A stretch of 64,000 bases of DNA from positions 1 through 64,000 of IMG/VR virus record IMGVR_UViG_3300026484_000065. One strand, given 5' to 3'. Positions 1-9,358 of the stretch are shown in pieces (positions within the stretch are counted from its first letter, which is position 1; each line of letters starts with the position of its first letter). The notes beneath the pieces are model-generated. The model ran no database searches, had not been told where the DNA came from, and saw only the letters and a list, made by a program, of their open reading frames with translations. The stretch is from a virus. The translations under genes and the position numbers were made by a program.

Positions 1-3000
1 CGTTAGATGAAGAAACTATTAAATTGATAGAATCAGAGTCTAGCAATAAAGACAATAAGATGTTTTCAGAAGAACTTTACAAGAAGATTGTGCACAATTT
101 GCTTAATAAAGAAAATGACCTAACAAGAGAAAAGATAATAAACGAGGAAATGTTTAGTGATGGTCAACCAACTGGAACTGATGGTGATAGTAAATCAGAC
201 AACAAGACTGCAGAAGATGTGTATACTCAATTTTCATTGTATGATGAAGGCAGTACCAATCAACAAACAACTTTAAGCTCAAAGGATGAATCTTTAAAGT
301 TCTTTGACTCTCTCTTCAAGGGAGAGAGTCTATCTAGTATTTATGGTGATGTAAATCTTGGTACTCATTCATTGGATAAAATTATTCAAGATATGATCAA
401 TAGTGTTATTGCTAAATACGGAAAGATAAAAGTAGATGTTGGTGAAACAAGCAAGCAAGCTTTTGGGTACTCTAAAGGTGGTGGACATATAGGTATCTTT
501 AATTCAACAGCATCAACAATGATTCAGTCAACAAAAGAACTTATAGCTCACGAAATGATGCATGAGGGATTAAGAGAAGCCTTTAAAAAAGACAAGAAGC
601 TTCTACATGATGTTGCGAAACTAAAAGATGCTGTATACAAGGAACTTCTAAAAGATGAAAATAGAAAACATATATTTGCATCAGACAGTACCAAAACAAC
701 ACTAGAGGCAAGTGAAAGATTATATGAGTATTTATTTTCCGTAGATAGCAAAGCTGTTAACAAAACAGAAGAGTTTTTTATATATGCAATGACAAATCCA
801 AAACTAAATAGCTTTATTGTAAATTTAGATGGAAATGTTGATTCTCAATTGTTTGGAAAAATAGATACCTCTGAGGCAAAACTAAAAATAGTAAAACTTT
901 TCTATAAGGTCTTAAATAAAGTTATTGCTATGATAAACAGAATCTACAATAACTACAGACAAAGAAAGAATTACAAAGATGTTTTACTTGGTACATACAA
1001 CAAAGCTGTTGAGATTCAAACTGCAATACAAAACAATTCATATAATAAATCAAAATACGCTGATTTAATGACATACCTAAATAGCTCATCTTCTGGTTGG
1101 TTAAAAAAGATTATTTCAGTTGGGCACAATGATTTTAAAAACAGAGTATTAAATGGATTAGATGGGAATACTGCATTAGCTACAGCCTATGTGAAATACA
1201 AAGACAATAGGTCAGCGAGTCTTATCAAGTTTGTTATGGATTTGTACCACTCAACAGTTGACTCTGTAGAGCCTGAAAAATATAGAAAGTTCTATAAACT
1301 ATTTAATTACATCAAGCAAGTCAATGATGTTGAGAGAAATGCAGAAAAAGAAGCATTAAGAGTTGTTCTGAAGGATATGCTGAAGAGTTATAAAGAAGAT
1401 GAGTTTGGTACTCTAAAAGAATTACTAATTGATACGGATCTCAATGTGCTTCTTGATTCAATGAGCTATGACAAAGTTGTTGAGCTTGTGTCTAACAAGA
1501 ATAAGATAAACAATAGAATAGATATTCTTGAAGAGATTTTATACGATTCAGTTGAGTACCAAGAACATGATAAGTTCATTAATGCTGTGATTCAGCAGTC
1601 TAAGGGTCTTGCTAAATATATGATTCATAAAAAGATTTATTTAAAAAATCAAATGTTCAATCCAACATTGATTTCGATTGGTAAATTTATGACGAAAGAA
1701 GACTTTCAACAGCACCCTGAGCTAATTTCAGTACCAAACTTAGATACATCAGTTATAGATGAACTTGTTACATTGTATGCGCTGAAAGAAGTTGAATCGT
1801 GGAACAAAACAGAGTTGTTAACTAGAGACAAAGAAGCAATAGAAAATGTTTTGAAAGAACACGGAAGACAAGTTGAGCATCAATTAGAGATAGCATCAAA
1901 ATATGATGCCACATATTACGTTAAGGGAATCGAACATGCTGAATATGATATTGATTCAGATGTTGTTAGTACAAATGATGAGAAAAAGAAGAAGTGGTTA
2001 AGAAGAAGTGGATATAAAGAAATTTATTCAATAGAAGATGATTCTGTTTTTGCATATATTGGTACACATAAAAAAGCCTATACTAAAGGAATCATAGAAA
2101 TTGCTGATACAAAAACAGATATTGGTACTCATGCAGAAAGCAAACGTGAAGAAAGTGTTTATACTGATTTCTATACAAGGGAACTTCCAGATAAAGAAAC
2201 TTATGCATATAGACTTGACTCTCATAGCGTGAAAAGAGAGTTTAACTACAACAACCTAGAGAGAGTTATTTCAGTACCAAACTCAATAAGGGTCACATCA
2301 TTGAGAAAAAGCAATAATATTGTTGATGTACTTGTTGGAAATCTTTCAAATATGGAAGAGATTGAAGCTGGAGCAAAATACAATATGATGGCTATTGAAG
2401 AAGCAAATGAAGAATATAAAAGAGCAACTGATGTTGAAAAGAAAGCATTTTATAATATATCTCTAGGTTCAAAAGAATGGAAAAAGCTCCCAACTTACAC
2501 AAAGGATATGTTAAAGAAAAAAGGCATTGAAGATATTTATGTCAGAGCGAATATTCTTAATGACTTTATTGGGTACCAAAATATAAGAACAAGAGAGTTT
2601 ATAGAAAAGCTTAAAATTAAAAATCCAGCTGCATATAAAGGTGCATTGTTTCTAATGGATCATCTTGAAGACTTTATAAAAATATTGAAGCCAACACTTG
2701 TTATAAAAGATATTTTTGTTGTTGGTTCAAACTTCTTAAGTAACTTTTTTCATTTAGTTGCAAAAGGACTGAATCCTATTCAATCATCAAAAGATTTCTT
2801 TACAGCAGCAAGACTTTGGCAAGATTTAAAAAATGATTTAAGGGAGATAGCTAAATTAAAGGTTTTAAGAGGGTCAGACAATAGCAATAGATTAAACAGA
2901 CGTATTAATCATATCAAGGAAAGATTGCTTAATAACCCACTGTACGAGCTTCACAATAGAGGTTTGATATCATCAATGGTTGACGATGAGTCAGTGAGAG

Positions 3001-3554
3001 ATATGAAGGATAAAAACTTGGTACTTGATAAATTAAACAAGGTAGCATCAAGACTTGGAATACCAGAGGATTCAGCTATGAGAGATATTGTAAAAACAGT
3101 ATATGTTCATACAGATACAAAGTTTTTTAGATTCCTTCTTGATATGACTCAGTTAGGAGATGCTTCTGCAAGATATGCATATTATAATCATTTAAAAACA
3201 AATAGCAACATGAGTGAAGATGAGATTTATAGCAAAATAGCAAGTGAATTTGTAATGTACAACAAGAATGAAAATCCATTGATTCAGTTCTTTAACACCT
3301 TTGGGTTTGAAATGTTTACAAAATACTTATTTAAAAATATCGGGGTACAAGGAAGATTAATTCTCGAACATCCTGTTGGAGCTACACTTAGCTACATAGG
3401 TGTATCAGCTGGTCTTCCAACTCCAATGCAGACATTGTTAAGCATTGAGAATAGTGGTGTTGCTGATACTATTTCATATAGAAGTGTTGTTACTTCACCT
3501 ATAGACACTCTTGAAGCAGTTATAACACCTCCTCTAATAAGAGAGGTGCTTTAA
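1..3554 (+). CDS. Virion-encapsidated RNA polymerase (N4 gp50-like), C-terminal part; 5' end lies outside the window
   Basis: Frame open from position 3. AHEMMHEG (HExxH) motif and C-terminal blocks (LVIKDIFVVGSNFLSN, TQLGDASARYAYYNHL..SEFVMYN) resemble N4-type vRNAP C-termini. Last late gene, converging on the middle genes. Catalytic core not in window. Confidence 0.75.
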   Translation, partial: LDEETIKLIESESSNKDNKMFSEELYKKIVHNLLNKENDLTREKIINEEMFSDGQPTGTDGDSKSDNKTAEDVYTQFSLYDEGSTNQQTTLSSKDESLKFFDSLFKGESLSSIYGDVNLGTHSLDKIIQDMINSVIAKYGKIKVDVGETSKQAFGYSKGGGHIGIFNSTASTMIQSTKELIAHEMMHEGLREAFKKDKKLLHDVAKLKDAVYKELLKDENRKHIFASDSTKTTLEASERLYEYLFSVDSKAVNKTEEFFIYAMTNPKLNSFIVNLDGNVDSQLFGKIDTSEAKLKIVKLFYKVLNKVIAMINRIYNNYRQRKNYKDVLLGTYNKAVEIQTAIQNNSYNKSKYADLMTYLNSSSSGWLKKIISVGHNDFKNRVLNGLDGNTALATAYVKYKDNRSASLIKFVMDLYHSTVDSVEPEKYRKFYKLFNYIKQVNDVERNAEKEALRVVLKDMLKSYKEDEFGTLKELLIDTDLNVLLDSMSYDKVVELVSNKNKINNRIDILEEILYDSVEYQEHDKFINAVIQQSKGLAKYMIHKKIYLKNQMFNPTLISIGKFMTKEDFQQHPELISVPNLDTSVIDELVTLYALKEVESWNKTELLTRDKEAIENVLKEHGRQVEHQLEIASKYDATYYVKGIEHAEYDIDSDVVSTNDEKKKKWLRRSGYKEIYSIEDDSVFAYIGTHKKAYTKGIIEIADTKTDIGTHAESKREESVYTDFYTRELPDKETYAYRLDSHSVKREFNYNNLERVISVPNSIRVTSLRKSNNIVDVLVGNLSNMEEIEAGAKYNMMAIEEANEEYKRATDVEKKAFYNISLGSKEWKKLPTYTKDMLKKKGIEDIYVRANILNDFIGYQNIRTREFIEKLKIKNPAAYKGALFLMDHLEDFIKILKPTLVIKDIFVVGSNFLSNFFHLVAKGLNPIQSSKDFFTAARLWQDLKNDLREIAKLKVLRGSDNSNRLNRRINHIKERLLNNPLYELHNRGLISSMVDDESVRDMKDKNLVLDKLNKVASRLGIPEDSAMRDIVKTVYVHTDTKFFRFLLDMTQLGDASARYAYYNHLKTNSNMSEDEIYSKIASEFVMYNKNENPLIQFFNTFGFEMFTKYLFKNIGVQGRLILEHPVGATLSYIGVSAGLPTPMQTLLSIENSGVADTISYRSVVTSPIDTLEAVITPPLIREVL

Positions 3555-3706
3555 CTGTTAAATAATCTTTGCAAGGCTTCTTCTGAAGCTTTGTCTTGAT
3601 TGTCCTTGTACCAGCCAATACTTTTGATAGTACCAAACAAAACAATCATAATAATTAATATTAAAAAAACAACTAGTGATATGCCGAGTAATTCAAATAG
3701 AATCAT
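3551..3706 (-). CDS. Small membrane protein (51 aa, MILFELLGISLVVFLILIIMIVLFG...)
   Basis: Manually translated; one hydrophobic helix; ATGA overlap with the upstream small ORF. Confidence 0.55.
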   Translation of the reverse strand: MILFELLGISLVVFLILIIMIVLFGTIKSIGWYKDNQDKASEEALQRLFNS

Positions 3707-3804
3707 TTTATTTTGATCCAACCAAAGTTATTCATAGCATTCAGTATAATAAATACCTCAGCTATGAGCGTATGAACAATAAAGAACCATTGATATTTAT
3801 TCAT
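3703..3804 (-). CDS. Small hydrophobic peptide (33 aa)
   Basis: Manually translated MNKYQWFFIVHTLIAEVFIILNAMNNFGWIKIK; overlaps both neighbours in coupled fashion. Confidence 0.4.
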   Translation of the reverse strand: MNKYQWFFIVHTLIAEVFIILNAMNNFGWIKIK

Positions 3805-3997
3805 CAATATCTCCTTCACTTGGTTCAACTATAGCATCAGCTGTACTTTTAGTTATGACAGGCTTTTCACCTGTCAATGCTCTGAGTTCTTTTCTAAGTT
3901 TGGTACACAATTTATCTTTTAAGATTATGTCTGCATCTGATGTTTCACACATCTTTATTCTATGCATAATATGTGCTATCTCTGCTTTAGCATTCAT
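3797..3997 (-). CDS. Hypothetical protein (66 aa)
   Basis: ORF track; starts immediately after the nrdB stop. Confidence 0.6.
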   Translation of the reverse strand: MNAKAEIAHIMHRIKMCETSDADIILKDKLCTKLRKELRALTGEKPVITKSTADAIVEPSEGDIDE

Positions 3998-4423
3998 TTA
4001 AATGTCCTGAAGATTCTCATAGAAACTATCTGTAGTATCTTTATTGATGCTACCAACTAAATAATTTAATCCTGATGTTTCTTTCTGTGCAACTTGAACA
4101 GAAGAAATATTCTTAAATTCATTTAGCCATTTCATTGGATTTTCTTCAACTCTATTTATGAATGTTGGTACCAAACCAATACCCTGCATAACATTATAAG
4201 TGTTGTATTGACTATAAATCTTAGCAGACTGATTGTTTATACCTAATAATCTTGTTCCTTCTGGATATGTGTAATCTATCCATTCCAAATCAGCTTCATA
4301 AGCTTCTTTGTACATAGTTTCAACTTTGCCACTATTGACAACCTTATCAAATATGTACCCTAAATCATTAGACTTCTTTAATCTGTTAATGAGATATACA
4401 GTCATACCGTAATGTGATTGTTC
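3998..4423 (-). CDS. nrdB: Ribonucleotide reductase class Ia beta subunit, exon 2
   Basis: Begins GAA CAA TCA CAT TAC GGT ATG (EQSHYGM), completing the D-E-x-x-H iron ligand motif with exon 1; C-terminal VAQKETSGLNY. Confidence 0.92.
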   Translation of the reverse strand, partial: EQSHYGMTVYLINRLKKSNDLGYIFDKVVNSGKVETMYKEAYEADLEWIDYTYPEGTRLLGINNQSAKIYSQYNTYNVMQGIGLVPTFINRVEENPMKWLNEFKNISSVQVAQKETSGLNYLVGSINKDTTDSFYENLQDI

Positions 4424-4723
4424 CGCTTGTATTCATATTGCAATCGCTACTTTGCAATATCGAGCTTTTAACTCTGCTATATATTTCTATATAGGCTAGA
4501 CTATATCATAGCCCCCAGCACAACCTGGTAGGGCTCCTTGCTTTTCGACTCGCTTGAGTCTACTCTACTCGCTTCCATATGGTATTTTTTCAACACATAT
4601 GTGCTTTCGATAGTCGTTCGGCTTTTTATTTAGCACGGGATTGTCTTCGTCATTACACGGTCAGAGTTTCCCCGTTTAACAAGGTTTTCGATAGGCGTTA
4701 CTGCCTAAAGCGACTAATAGTTA
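4424..4723 (-). ncRNA. Group I self-splicing intron (300 nt, ORF-less) in nrdB
   Basis: 5' exon ends in U (GCCGAU) with an IGS-like AGUCGC early in the intron; R/S-like GAACGACUAU and GAUAUAGUCUAG; terminal G; removal restores the frame (INAD/EQSH). Confidence 0.92.
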
Positions 4724-5401
4724 ATCGGCATTAATCTTCGCAATTATCTTGGCTGGTCCATCCATCATTCCGTTCTTAGCAAATGCAAATGAAGTATTAA
4801 AAGATGTGTCAAATAGTATATTCTCAAGAATATTGAGTCCATATAAAGCCAAGACAAAAGACTCTTTATGCTTCTCTATATTGTATCCAGGATGCCCAGC
4901 TATCATCATTGCATTTTGTTGGTACAATTCTTCAAAGACTTCTATAATCATTCTGGCTCTACGCTGAATATTATCATTGACCATAATAGTGTCAAACTCT
5001 TTCTCAGCATTAATTGGAAGAGCTTTAACAATATCTGCATATGCTAATGAATGGATTGATTCTGTAAAACCATGCAGTACCCAAAACCTTTCCATCTGTG
5101 GATTAGTTGTAATGGGTAGGAACATTTCTACAACACTTCTAGTAGCTAAACTATCTACTTCTTGTTGGAACTCTAAATTCTTTAAATATAGAGCTTTTAA
5201 TTCATCCCTCATAGTTGCATAGTCTACACTTGCTTGTGATAAATCAAAGTCACTTGGAAACCATAGTTTTCCTTGTAGTCTATCTGTAGCTTTAGTTATC
5301 CACTCCTCTATAGACAAGTCTAGTCTTGCTATATTTCTTCCAGTACCAAAAAACAAAGGTTCTTTAGTAAAATCTATATGTTGCATTTTAAATAAACTCA
5401 T
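4724..5401 (-). CDS. nrdB: Ribonucleotide reductase class Ia beta subunit, exon 1
   Basis: EPLFFG, W48-equivalent LWFP, D84 (EVDSL), ESIHSLAY (E115/H118/Y122 equivalents), ILENILF. Confidence 0.93.
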
Positions 5402-5403
5402 TT

Positions 5404-7629
5404 TTAAACCTCACAATCTGTACATACTAATTTATTATCATCTTCGTTTGGAGAATAAACGTTATGATAATAGATAGATTTTATTCCATACTTTTTACAG
5501 AAATATAAATCACTAATTAATTTTGTCATTGGTACTTTATTATCTTGATATAACTCAGGATTATAAAATACATCTAGTGATATAGATTGATCTATCCATT
5601 TCTGCATAATAGCAGCAACCTTTAGATAGCCAGTATTAACTTCTTCCCTGTCATACACAAAGTCATAATTACCTGCTAGCTTGGCACATTCAGGAGCAAA
5701 GAATTTTGTAACTATATTGGAAGATGATTTTGTATAAACCAAATCTCTAATAGGATAGATACTATTAGTTTGTCCACCAATAACTGCACTTGTTTCCGAA
5801 GGAGGAATTGACGTCAAACAAGTATTTGCCATTCCATACTTTAATACTTGATTCTTTAACCAGTACCAATCTAAAGTAGTCTTGTGCTCTAATAATTTAT
5901 CTACATTCTTATTTCTTCTTTCATAAGGCATTACACCTCTGCTATAAGAAGTCAATCCAAATTTCTTTGGTACAAAATCATATTCTTTTGCATATTCCAT
6001 AGATGCTTTAATTAGATAGTATGTAAAGTGCTCCATGTACTCATCAATAACCTCTAGCGCCTTAGGAGATGTGTATCTGATTCCCTGTTTAGCTAAGAAG
6101 TAAGCTGTGTTAGATACACCAATGCCTAAAGCCATATATTGCTCAACAAATGCATTCGATTGTGACATAGGATGATTTTGCTTACGCACATTGTTATTAA
6201 GCATATACACCAATGATTTAGTTACCGATGGCAATTCCTCTAAGCTGACTTTTCCCATATTCACATTTGATAAAATACAGATAGCTATAGAAGGGTCATT
6301 TGGTAGAAACGACTGAACTGGTTTCGTTGGCAAAGCTATTTCAACACATGCTTGTGATTGAATAATATCTTCATCAAATGGCGTGTTATTGTTCATTTCA
6401 TCGATATGAACAATATAGTGTTTACCTATCTCCTGTCTGACTTCTGGTAATTGTTCCAATAGATACTTAGCATTAATCTTTTTATTGCTAACTCCTCTTG
6501 CTTCTAGTGCCTCATAAACAAGAACAAATTCTTCATAGTTTTTACTTGTGAATAACTCATACAGTACCAAACTATCTCTTGAACTAAATAGTGTTATATC
6601 TTCATTCTTAGCAGCTCTGTCATACAGCAACTGATTAACTTTGATTCCATAAGATAAATTAACTATACGTTTATTTGCTTCTGTTCTTGGTGAAGCTATA
6701 TTTAGTATTGTTTCTATCTCTGGATCAAAGAATGCTATAAAAGCTGTTCCTGTACCTCTTCTACCATTTTGCTGTGAAGCATTAACATCAGCTTCTAGTT
6801 TCTTTAGTAGTGGTACTTTCCCAGAATGCTTAATCTTGCCATTCTTGACCATATCACCTATAGATGCCACTAGTGAATAATCTAACCCAACACCTGAACT
6901 AGCTGCTGTATGATTTACCACAGCTTTACTAGCTTCATTCCAACTATCAATGTTGTCACCAACTGTAATTTTGGTACATGAAGCTAAAATAAATTCATTT
7001 GTTCTTATATGGTTCATAGCTGGTGAAGGTAAAGATATTTTGAAAGTTGATAGATCGTCATAAAATTCGATACATTCATCAATTTTACCTGGATGCAGTA
7101 CCAAAGCTATAGCAGCAAAGATTACATTAGGAGATTCAATTACTCTACCATCTTTGTTATGTATAGTATATTTCTTTTTGAGATACTCTATGCCTGCACC
7201 TGTAAAAGTAAAATCTCTATTGTGATCTATAACCTCATTAAATTTATCTAAATCTTCGTCTGTAAATGAATTCAGAATATCATCTACATAGTACCCTCTA
7301 TCAATCAAATCCTTGATAATAAGTTTTATATGCTTAAAGTCTTCATTCTTTGATATACCAAAAGCTTCTTTACGTATATTCAAGCTCATTAATCTTGCAT
7401 ATACAAAATCATAATTTGGTCTACGTAAATCAGCCATATCTTTGATAGTGTCCATAACTATTTTATCTATAGCTGATGTTTTAATCCCATCATAGAAGTG
7501 TATTTGTATATTAGCTTCTATATCTATTGTTGATACTTTATCTAAACCACTACATGCCCATTCAATAGACTTAGATATCTTACTAATATCTAATGGTTCA
7601 TATGTACCATTTTTCTTTAATACTTTCAT
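5404..7629 (-). CDS. nrdA: Ribonucleotide reductase class Ia alpha subunit with ATP cone
   Basis: N-terminal ATP cone, LASC, QSQACVEIALP, AICILS, PSETS, SIYY, C-terminal CTDC. Confidence 0.95.
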   Translation of the reverse strand: MKVLKKNGTYEPLDISKISKSIEWACSGLDKVSTIDIEANIQIHFYDGIKTSAIDKIVMDTIKDMADLRRPNYDFVYARLMSLNIRKEAFGISKNEDFKHIKLIIKDLIDRGYYVDDILNSFTDEDLDKFNEVIDHNRDFTFTGAGIEYLKKKYTIHNKDGRVIESPNVIFAAIALVLHPGKIDECIEFYDDLSTFKISLPSPAMNHIRTNEFILASCTKITVGDNIDSWNEASKAVVNHTAASSGVGLDYSLVASIGDMVKNGKIKHSGKVPLLKKLEADVNASQQNGRRGTGTAFIAFFDPEIETILNIASPRTEANKRIVNLSYGIKVNQLLYDRAAKNEDITLFSSRDSLVLYELFTSKNYEEFVLVYEALEARGVSNKKINAKYLLEQLPEVRQEIGKHYIVHIDEMNNNTPFDEDIIQSQACVEIALPTKPVQSFLPNDPSIAICILSNVNMGKVSLEELPSVTKSLVYMLNNNVRKQNHPMSQSNAFVEQYMALGIGVSNTAYFLAKQGIRYTSPKALEVIDEYMEHFTYYLIKASMEYAKEYDFVPKKFGLTSYSRGVMPYERRNKNVDKLLEHKTTLDWYWLKNQVLKYGMANTCLTSIPPSETSAVIGGQTNSIYPIRDLVYTKSSSNIVTKFFAPECAKLAGNYDFVYDREEVNTGYLKVAAIMQKWIDQSISLDVFYNPELYQDNKVPMTKLISDLYFCKKYGIKSIYYHNVYSPNEDDNKLVCTDCEV

Positions 7630-7680
7630 ATTAAACCTTTATATCTCTATTTTAATCACCTAAGTGATTACAATAAAAAT

Positions 7681-7705
7681 AAAGAGAGGAATTGTATCCT
7701 CTCTT
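7681..7705 (-). terminator. Intrinsic terminator
   Basis: AAGAGAGGA-tacaat-TCCTCTCTT followed by a T-rich tract on the minus strand. Confidence 0.6.
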
Positions 7706-7707
7706 AC

Positions 7708-8001
7708 TTATTGGATTGTTAACCCTGCAGCTTTATCTTTTAATGTTTTACTAACTTTAAATTTTACAGCCATTTTGTCTTTTGTTTGGTACTTTTTATT
7801 TGTTCTTGGCACAACACTAGTCTTGCCTTTTTTTTTGCAACGAAGTACCAAAACTACCAAAGCCTTCAATAGCAACAGAAATCTTTATTTAGTAACGCTT
7901 TCTCAATGGATGTAAATACATTACTAATAGCTTCTTCTGCTTCTTTTCTGTCTTAATAACTACCTATTTTCATTGATTTTCTCCACAAAGAATTCACCTT
8001 T
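7708..8001 (-). pseudogene. hup: Frameshifted HU (histone-like DNA-binding protein), Campylobacterota type
   Basis: Pieces in different frames: KGEFFVEKINE / DRKEAEEAISNVFTSIEKALLNKD / SVAIEGFGSFGTSLQK / GKTSVVPRTNKKYQTKDKMAVKFKVSKTLKDKA. Confidence 0.8.
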
Positions 8002-8256
8002 GCCTTCCGATTCAACATACTTGTCGAAAAGCTCAATATAATTGTCACGTTTAACAGTTATACTGCAAATCATATTCTCAACAACTTCTGATTTCAATAC
8101 TGAATTAAGCTCGCCTAGTTCATCAATAATGTTATCTAAGTCAACAGCTGCTAATTCTAATAGAAACATTGTGTTTCTGTCTTTACGTGTAATTTTTTTA
8201 CTCATATCTATCCTTTTGTTTTTTTCTATGGACTTACATGCAATAGGCAAAGCCAT
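7960..8256 (-). CDS. Hypothetical protein (true start probably MSKKITRK)
   Basis: ORF track; AAGG RBS before the internal Met. Confidence 0.55.
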   Translation of the reverse strand: MALPIACKSIEKNKRIDMSKKITRKDRNTMFLLELAAVDLDNIIDELGELNSVLKSEVVENMICSITVKRDNYIELFDKYVESEGKGEFFVEKINENR

Positions 8257-8267
8257 AGTTCATTCTA

Positions 8268-9122
8268 TTAGCTTCTCTTAGTGATGAGTGTTCTATAATT
8301 ATCTGGTGTAACTTTAATTATTTGTTGAGCTAATTCTCTAATCATAAAATAAGCAGCACCTGAATCTCTCAAATCAATAAAATGTTTCAATGATCTTGCA
8401 TTGAATGTAAGTACCAAGTCAACAGACCAATTATCTGTAACAATAAACTTGAATGGATCACCAATGTTTCTCTTTTGCTTAAGAGACATCATATGTTGGT
8501 ACTCTTTAGTGAATTCAACTTGAGATTGAAAATCTTTAAACTCTATGCTCTCTTCTATATCTTTAGATATATAATCTTTGTAATTAGGATTACGTAAAAA
8601 GAACATAGTTAGTTTTGCCCACATAGCATCTATCTCTAAATCAATAAGTGAACGATCTTCTAACGCAAACATATCCAATGACTGTATAGTTTTTGTAAAG
8701 AATGATTTATGCATATTTCTATTATGTATTTCTAGCCCAAGTATATAAGCATTAATAACATTAGACATTGTATATCTAGTTGATTGCACAGTTGGTGATA
8801 CATTTATCCTATGACGGCTAGTTTCTTGGAGCACTCCTCTACTTGTGCCCTGTATTAGATAAGACAATACGATATGCTCACTAATACTATTGTGATGAAA
8901 TACGTGTACCAAATCAACAACCAATCTACTATTCTCAATAGACTTTAATTTATCAACATCCAATAGATTTCCATTGCCAAAATCTTTGACAACATCATGT
9001 TCTGATTTATCATAGCTTTGGTACGCTGTTCTTGAAGCTAATTCAGCTACACCAATACCTGATGCATTAAGTAGTGTAACTGTTGGTGTTTTATAATAGA
9101 TATTATCTTTTATTAAACTCAT
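8268..9122 (-). CDS. thyX: Flavin-dependent thymidylate synthase
   Basis: HHNSISEH, SRGVLQETSRHR...STRY (RHRx7-8S motif), NARSLKHFIDLR. Confidence 0.93.
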   Translation of the reverse strand: MSLIKDNIYYKTPTVTLLNASGIGVAELASRTAYQSYDKSEHDVVKDFGNGNLLDVDKLKSIENSRLVVDLVHVFHHNSISEHIVLSYLIQGTSRGVLQETSRHRINVSPTVQSTRYTMSNVINAYILGLEIHNRNMHKSFFTKTIQSLDMFALEDRSLIDLEIDAMWAKLTMFFLRNPNYKDYISKDIEESIEFKDFQSQVEFTKEYQHMMSLKQKRNIGDPFKFIVTDNWSVDLVLTFNARSLKHFIDLRDSGAAYFMIRELAQQIIKVTPDNYRTLITKRS

Positions 9123-9133
9123 CTTTGTACCAA

Positions 9134-9358
9134 CTAATCAACACAATGAATAGAATCCAATAGATTCATAATATCATTCTTTAGCCTTCTTGTTGCAAAC
9201 ACTTCATCCTCAACAGATTCTCTATCGTTCTCATTCTCTAACGAATTTAGAAGACTACTAAAATTATGTTCATGATCCTGCAATGAATCAAACATAATTC
9301 TCAATTCCTCAATCTCTAAACTAACGTGTACTTTTGTTTCAATATTGTTAACTAACAT
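9134..9358 (-). CDS. Hypothetical protein (74 aa)
   Basis: ORF track; coupled to the helicase gene. Confidence 0.6.
   Translation of the reverse strand: MLVNNIETKVHVSLEIEELRIMFDSLQDHEHNFSSLLNSLENENDRESVEDEVFATRRLKNDIMNLLDSIHCVD

Noticed and set aside
3998-5401. nrdB as a broken pseudogene or two genes
   Set aside because: The gap has group I intron hallmarks and exact removal restores DEQSH in frame
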